This document shows, piece by piece, positions 59,896-64,000 of a stretch of 64,000 nt of DNA. Origin of the DNA: Flavipsychrobacter sp. (lineage in GTDB: Bacteria; Bacteroidota; Bacteroidia; Chitinophagales; Chitinophagaceae). Location of the stretch: assembly GCA_016786665.1 (NCBI GenBank), contig JAEUVZ010000032.1:1-64000 (forward strand), in the 5' to 3' direction. The notes under the pieces are model-generated. The model was not told the DNA's origin, made no database searches, and saw only the letters and a program-made list of their open reading frames with translations. Positions within the stretch are counted from its first letter, which is position 1, and every line of letters starts with the position of its first letter. The position numbers and the translations under genes are program-made.

Positions 59896-60360
59896 TTACG
59901 GGCAGCGGTCTTTGGCTACCTTACCACCACCGTCGGCGGGCATACTGCCAATCAGGTGGCCTCTTAGTTCTGCGTTGGAGAAGACGATTCGCGTATTGGC
60001 AGGGTTATCGTTGGCTACCGGCTTGGTACTGCCAAAGCCTACCATTATCAGCCGTTTACAATCCACGCCGTTATCCGTCAGCCATTTTCCGGCAGCTATA
60101 GCGCGCTTTTCGCTCAGTGCCTGGTCGTCGGCGCTACCGGCCACATGGCCTTCTATGCGCATCAGGCTGATGTAGGTTTTGTCTTCCAGGTATTTTTTTA
60201 TCCCGGCGAGTATCTCCCTGCCCTCCGGCGTCAACTCCGCGGTACCGGTCTGGAAGGTTACCGGTTTCTCCAGTACCAGGTCGTTGCCGGAAAGCTTATA
60301 CGATTGCGCATTGGCGGAAAGTGCCAGCAGCAGTGCTGCAAAGGTGTAGATGTATTTCAT
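59896..60360 (-). CDS. OmpA-family (peptidoglycan-binding OmpA_C-like) protein
   Basis: Signal peptide, then ...IEGHVAGSADDQALSEKRAIAAGKWLTDNGVDCKRLIMVGFGSTKPVANDNPANTRIVF, an OmpA C-terminal domain pattern. Confidence 0.7.
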   Translation of the reverse strand: MKYIYTFAALLLALSANAQSYKLSGNDLVLEKPVTFQTGTAELTPEGREILAGIKKYLEDKTYISLMRIEGHVAGSADDQALSEKRAIAAGKWLTDNGVDCKRLIMVGFGSTKPVANDNPANTRIVFSNAELRGHLIGSMPADGGGKVAKDRCP

Positions 60361-60362
60361 CG

Positions 60363-61382
60363 TCAGTGTATTCCTCTTTCGTTAAGCGCCTGCTGGTAAG
60401 CTTTTGCGTTCTTCAGGTGCTGGTCGTAACTGGCGGTGAAGGCGCTGGAGCCATCTAGCGCGGGGGTAGCGCAAAAATAGATATAATCAGTAGCCGGTGC
60501 GTTCAGCACGGCGTTGATGCTGCTTTCGGAGGGGGTGCAGATGGGCCCCGGGGGCAGCCCTTTGTTTTTATAGGTGTTGTACGGCGATACCACTGCCAGG
60601 TGCACACCGGTAACCCTGCGGATAGCGAAATCGCCTACGGCAAATTTTACTGTCGGGTCGGCCTGAAGCGGCATGTTCTTATCTATCCTGTTCAGGTACA
60701 CGCTGGCCACCAGCGGCTTATCGGCCAGTTTGTTGGTTTCCTCTTCCACTATGGAGGCCATCGTTATCACTCCGGCCGGGGAAAGTCCCTTTAGCCTGGC
60801 CAGCCGCTTACGGTCTTCATTCCAGAAGCGGGTGTACTTCTTCGCTATTTTCCGAAAGACCTTATCGGCCGTTGTGTTCCAGTAAAACTCGTAGGTGTCG
60901 GGCATTATAGCGCACAGGGCGGTATTAGTGTCCAGCCCATACTCTGCCAGGTAGGCGCTATCGGCAAAGAGCGCTTTTAGCTGGTTACTGTCCGCTTCCA
61001 GTTGCGTGGCTACGAACCGGTAAAAGTCTTCTTTGGTGCGCAGCTTATTGATGACTAGCTTCACCGGTTCCTGGCTGCCGTTGCGGAGCATGCGCACAAT
61101 ATTATAGTTGCTCATGCCGGCCGCTATTTTGTACTTGCCCGGTTTTACTTTGGCCGGGTAGCCCGCCCGCTCTGCCAGCAGCTTGAAGCTGTTTATCTCT
61201 TTCACAAATCCGCCGTCTTCCAACTGCTTTATGACCGTAGCATAGTTGGAGCCGGTACGGATATAGAGGTACCTGTCTTTGTAAGAGTTGGGACCGAAGA
61301 GCAGGTAGGCCCCTGCTGCGCCTGCAATGAGGAGGAGGATAAGGAGTAATCGCAGCCCTTTTCGTTTTTTGCCCCTGGCCAT
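60363..61382 (-). CDS. mltG: Endolytic murein transglycosylase MltG (YceG-like)
   Basis: N-terminal TM anchor and YceG domain (..IPEGYTLRQI-like region, conserved C-terminal catalytic part). Confidence 0.8.
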   Translation of the reverse strand: MARGKKRKGLRLLLILLLIAGAAGAYLLFGPNSYKDRYLYIRTGSNYATVIKQLEDGGFVKEINSFKLLAERAGYPAKVKPGKYKIAAGMSNYNIVRMLRNGSQEPVKLVINKLRTKEDFYRFVATQLEADSNQLKALFADSAYLAEYGLDTNTALCAIMPDTYEFYWNTTADKVFRKIAKKYTRFWNEDRKRLARLKGLSPAGVITMASIVEEETNKLADKPLVASVYLNRIDKNMPLQADPTVKFAVGDFAIRRVTGVHLAVVSPYNTYKNKGLPPGPICTPSESSINAVLNAPATDYIYFCATPALDGSSAFTASYDQHLKNAKAYQQALNERGIH

Positions 61383-61461
61383 GGTTGTTGTTTCGCTAAA
61401 AATAGAAATACCCGCTCAAATAAAGAGCGGGTATTGCAACTAAATATGGTTAAAGAGGCAA

Positions 61462-61776
61462 TTATTTTTGCGGCTGGCCACCACCGGCAGGAGCCGGAGA
61501 TTTTTGCTGTTCCTGCTTGGCAGGAGCCTGTTGCGTTTCTTTCTTTTCAATTTTAGGGTAGAACATCGTCATCATGATGCAAAGAATAGCTATGAGGCCA
61601 ATAGAAGCCCATGTGCCTTTTTCCATTACGTCGCTCGACTGCTTTACGCCCATTACCTGGCTGCTCATGCTACCGAAGGCACCGGTAAGGCCACCGCCTT
61701 TAGGAGCCTGTATCAATACAAAAAACGCCAGTACGCCACAAGCCAGTAATATTATTATAGTAAGAGTGATGATCAT
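61462..61776 (-). CDS. secG: Preprotein translocase subunit SecG
   Basis: Two TM helices with LIQAPKGGGLTGAFG signature. Confidence 0.85.
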   Translation of the reverse strand: MIITLTIIILLACGVLAFFVLIQAPKGGGLTGAFGSMSSQVMGVKQSSDVMEKGTWASIGLIAILCIMMTMFYPKIEKKETQQAPAKQEQQKSPAPAGGGQPQK

Positions 61777-61779
61777 TGT

Positions 61780-62916
61780 TTATTTTTCCTTTAAAACTTC
61801 TTCTGCTTTGCGGGCAAAATAAGCACTTTTCTGGGGATTACGCAAACTTAATTTTTTATACATATCAATGGCAGCGTCATATTTTCCCTGCTTAACATAT
61901 ATTTCGGCGAGCGACTCGCTGGCAATGCTTTCTTCCCGGGTAATAGAGTTGACGGCCATCTCGAATACGTTCTCCGGTATTTCTTCATTTTCTTCTTCCA
62001 TGGCGGCAGCCAGTTTTTCTTTTTGCCACATGGTTTTGAGCGCCTTCTGGTCTTCCACCTCTTCACGCATCTTGTCGCCGTTGGTCTTGAAGTGTGTCAA
62101 CCATTCGGTATAGCTCATCACTATCATCAGCGATTTAGGGTCGCCAGAGGCAGCTTCTTCAGCAGCCGCGGTTTTTTCTACCGTTGGTATGTTGTTCGAT
62201 ACCTGGATGCCCTGGTGCAGGAAGTAGTCCTCCGTGTATATAGGCAGTATGAGGTTGTCTTCGTTTTCGGCCCTTAGTTCTATGGGTTCCGGCTCGGCTT
62301 CTATTATTTCTTCCGCCAGGTAGCTTTCTTCGGCGGGTATTTCCGCATCGGCGCCAGCATCCATGGTGTGCAGCGTTTCTTCTTCCAGCTCGTGGTAGAT
62401 TTCTTCATCGCCACCAGCGTCTATTATGTCCTCCTCTTCTGCTACTTGTTCTTCTTCTATTCCAGGTTCTTCACCGGCATCTTCCAGTGCCTCTACCGGT
62501 ATCTCTCCGGCTTCTTCGCCGCTATTTACGGGTTCATCTTCATCCTCCTCTTCCTGCGACCAGATACTGGAGGCTTCGGCAGGTGCTACCGCTTCTTCCT
62601 GCTCCGCAGCATCATTATCTACGTCGGCCGGTTCGTATATTGGTGGCTGGCTGATGGGCATGTCCTCACTGTCCCGTGCCCGGAGCATGTACTCGTGAAA
62701 AACAAGCCAGTTGCCCATGTAGAGCTGCATGTTGTTCATCATGTCAGCGCCAAAGGGAGTGGCTTTGTGCCTGCTGGCAGCCTCCATATACCGCGCTGGT
62801 ACAAAGTAGGGGTAGGATTCGGTAAGTGATACAATGCTGTCAATGTCCGCCTCGCTGATGGAATGCGGCTCACTGAGCATCTGCGTGATGTATGGTATGG
62901 AGGAAGAAGTGATCAT
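61780..62916 (-). CDS. Hypothetical protein with long acidic low-complexity region and C-terminal TPR-like helix pair
   Basis: ORF of 378 aa; contains an EDEDEPVNSGEEAGE-type acidic tract; ends ..YVKQGKYDAAIDMYKKLSLRNPQKSAYFARKAEEV. Confidence 0.45.
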   Translation of the reverse strand: MITSSSIPYITQMLSEPHSISEADIDSIVSLTESYPYFVPARYMEAASRHKATPFGADMMNNMQLYMGNWLVFHEYMLRARDSEDMPISQPPIYEPADVDNDAAEQEEAVAPAEASSIWSQEEEDEDEPVNSGEEAGEIPVEALEDAGEEPGIEEEQVAEEEDIIDAGGDEEIYHELEEETLHTMDAGADAEIPAEESYLAEEIIEAEPEPIELRAENEDNLILPIYTEDYFLHQGIQVSNNIPTVEKTAAAEEAASGDPKSLMIVMSYTEWLTHFKTNGDKMREEVEDQKALKTMWQKEKLAAAMEEENEEIPENVFEMAVNSITREESIASESLAEIYVKQGKYDAAIDMYKKLSLRNPQKSAYFARKAEEVLKEK

Positions 62917-62929
62917 GAGCTGAAAACTG

Positions 62930-63430
62930 TTACCAATTTACAAATGCTTTATTAAAAATGTCATCGGCCAGTTGTGTGCCTATCTCGTCTATCAGCCTTG
63001 TTTCTACCGACTGGAGGCTTTGAGCGGCGCTGAAGTCGGCATAACGGGTGAAGGACTGGCTGAAGTCAGACTTTTCGTTCAGTTTGCTTTTAAAGTTGAC
63101 CTGTATAGTGATGTTGAGCCTGTTGAGGGTAGCGGTCTGGGTGTTCTGCACACCGGAGACGGTAACCTCGTAAGCCACAATGGTACCTGAAATATCGTAG
63201 TCGGCATCCTGCGTGGTCACGGGCGATAGCCCGGTCTGCGACAGGATACGGCTGCGTATCTTATTGGTAAGCGCAGGGCTGAGCGTAGGTACTACGTTTC
63301 GCGCGCGGTTATCCAACGGACGGATATTTATGGTTTTTCCCTCTATACTTGCCCCGGAGAAGGAGTACACTCCACACCCCGCAAGCGTTATCAGCAAAAC
63401 AGGAACTAAAAGTAACAGCCTGTGCATCAT
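62930..63430 (-). CDS. LptE-like outer-membrane lipoprotein (putative)
   Basis: Start MMHRLLLLVPVLLITLAGC (lipobox LAGC). The size, position next to secG and sequence character fit Bacteroidetes LptE-family proteins. Confidence 0.4.
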   Translation of the reverse strand: MMHRLLLLVPVLLITLAGCGVYSFSGASIEGKTINIRPLDNRARNVVPTLSPALTNKIRSRILSQTGLSPVTTQDADYDISGTIVAYEVTVSGVQNTQTATLNRLNITIQVNFKSKLNEKSDFSQSFTRYADFSAAQSLQSVETRLIDEIGTQLADDIFNKAFVNW

Positions 63431-63446
63431 AACTAACCCTGTAAAG

Positions 63447-64000
63447 TTACTCTTTGATATCGTATTCTTTAATTTTTCTGTATAAAGTTCTTTCTGATAT
63501 ACCCAGCTCATTGGCTGCGTCTCGCCGGCGGCTTTTGTGCTTCTTCAGCGCTTTTACTATCATCTCTTTTTCCTTATCGGAAAGCAGGAGCGTTTCTTCT
63601 ACCTCCTCGTGGGGCTGGTGCTGCTCGGGCTGCTGAATAAGGATAGGAGTGGAGGAGCTGTTATACGATGGTGTATTCACCGGTACGGGTACCGGCTCGC
63701 TGTTGTAGGGCTGTATAAAGCTATCGGTCATGCCCCGGGGGGTATATCCCTGCTGGTCTGCCATGTCCAGCATCATTTGCTTCATATCGTTCATGTCCTT
63801 TTTCAGGTCGAAGAACAGTTTGTAGAGAATATCCCGCTCGGTAGGCGAGTTGAAATCCTTTCCTGATGGGGCCGGTGCGGCGCTGCCTGCCGGAACCAGT
63901 GCCAGGCTGCGGGAGGTTTCCCGGTTGGGCAGGAACTGGCGCAGCGCGTCGGTGGTTATTTGTTTGTCGGTGGAGAGTACGGATATCTGCTCGGCGATAT
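63447..64000 (-). CDS. Sigma-54-dependent Fis-family transcriptional regulator, C-terminal part (gene continues beyond window end)
   Basis: The frame is open to the window edge. C-terminal HTH_8 is ..ANELGISERTLYRKIKEY. Confidence 0.6.
   Translation of the reverse strand, partial: IAEQISVLSTDKQITTDALRQFLPNRETSRSLALVPAGSAAPAPSGKDFNSPTERDILYKLFFDLKKDMNDMKQMMLDMADQQGYTPRGMTDSFIQPYNSEPVPVPVNTPSYNSSSTPILIQQPEQHQPHEEVEETLLLSDKEKEMIVKALKKHKSRRRDAANELGISERTLYRKIKEYDIKE

Overview
This window looks like a chromosomal segment of a Bacteroidota (Chitinophagaceae-like) genome at roughly 55% GC. It encodes proteins carrying T9SS C-terminal sorting domains and SprB-type repeat adhesins. The backbone is housekeeping: lpxK translationally coupled to a formiminotransferase, purM, mtaB, recN, rny, ndh, sucA, sucC, pgk, gap, secG, mltG, two DEAD-box helicases and tRNA-Lys(CUU). 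The first ~12.8 kb is a cluster of three giant repeat-rich surface proteins (two with type A Por CTD, one with type B 'gliding' CTD), followed by a GT-C/TMTC-like TPR membrane glycosyltransferase. Several AT-rich accessory islets interrupt the backbone. The most unusual one is a ~3.2 kb islet immediately 3' of tRNA-Lys (37.8-41.0 kb). It is bounded by a ~37-bp imperfect inverted repeat and holds three AT-rich small ORFs, two of them paralogous TM-anchored proteins. The ORFs are interleaved with a hairpin-rich mosaic repeat family with TIR-like ends; fragments of the same repeat flank another AT-rich orphan ORF at 47.9-48.7 kb. The other islets are: a DUF3800 singleton; a BcgI-like type IIB R-M pair (nuclease-methyltransferase A subunit plus HsdS-like B subunit); a DUF433/DUF5615 TA-like pair inserted between gap and pgk; and hicBA next to an IS1595-family transposase remnant. 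No CRISPR array or rRNA was found.
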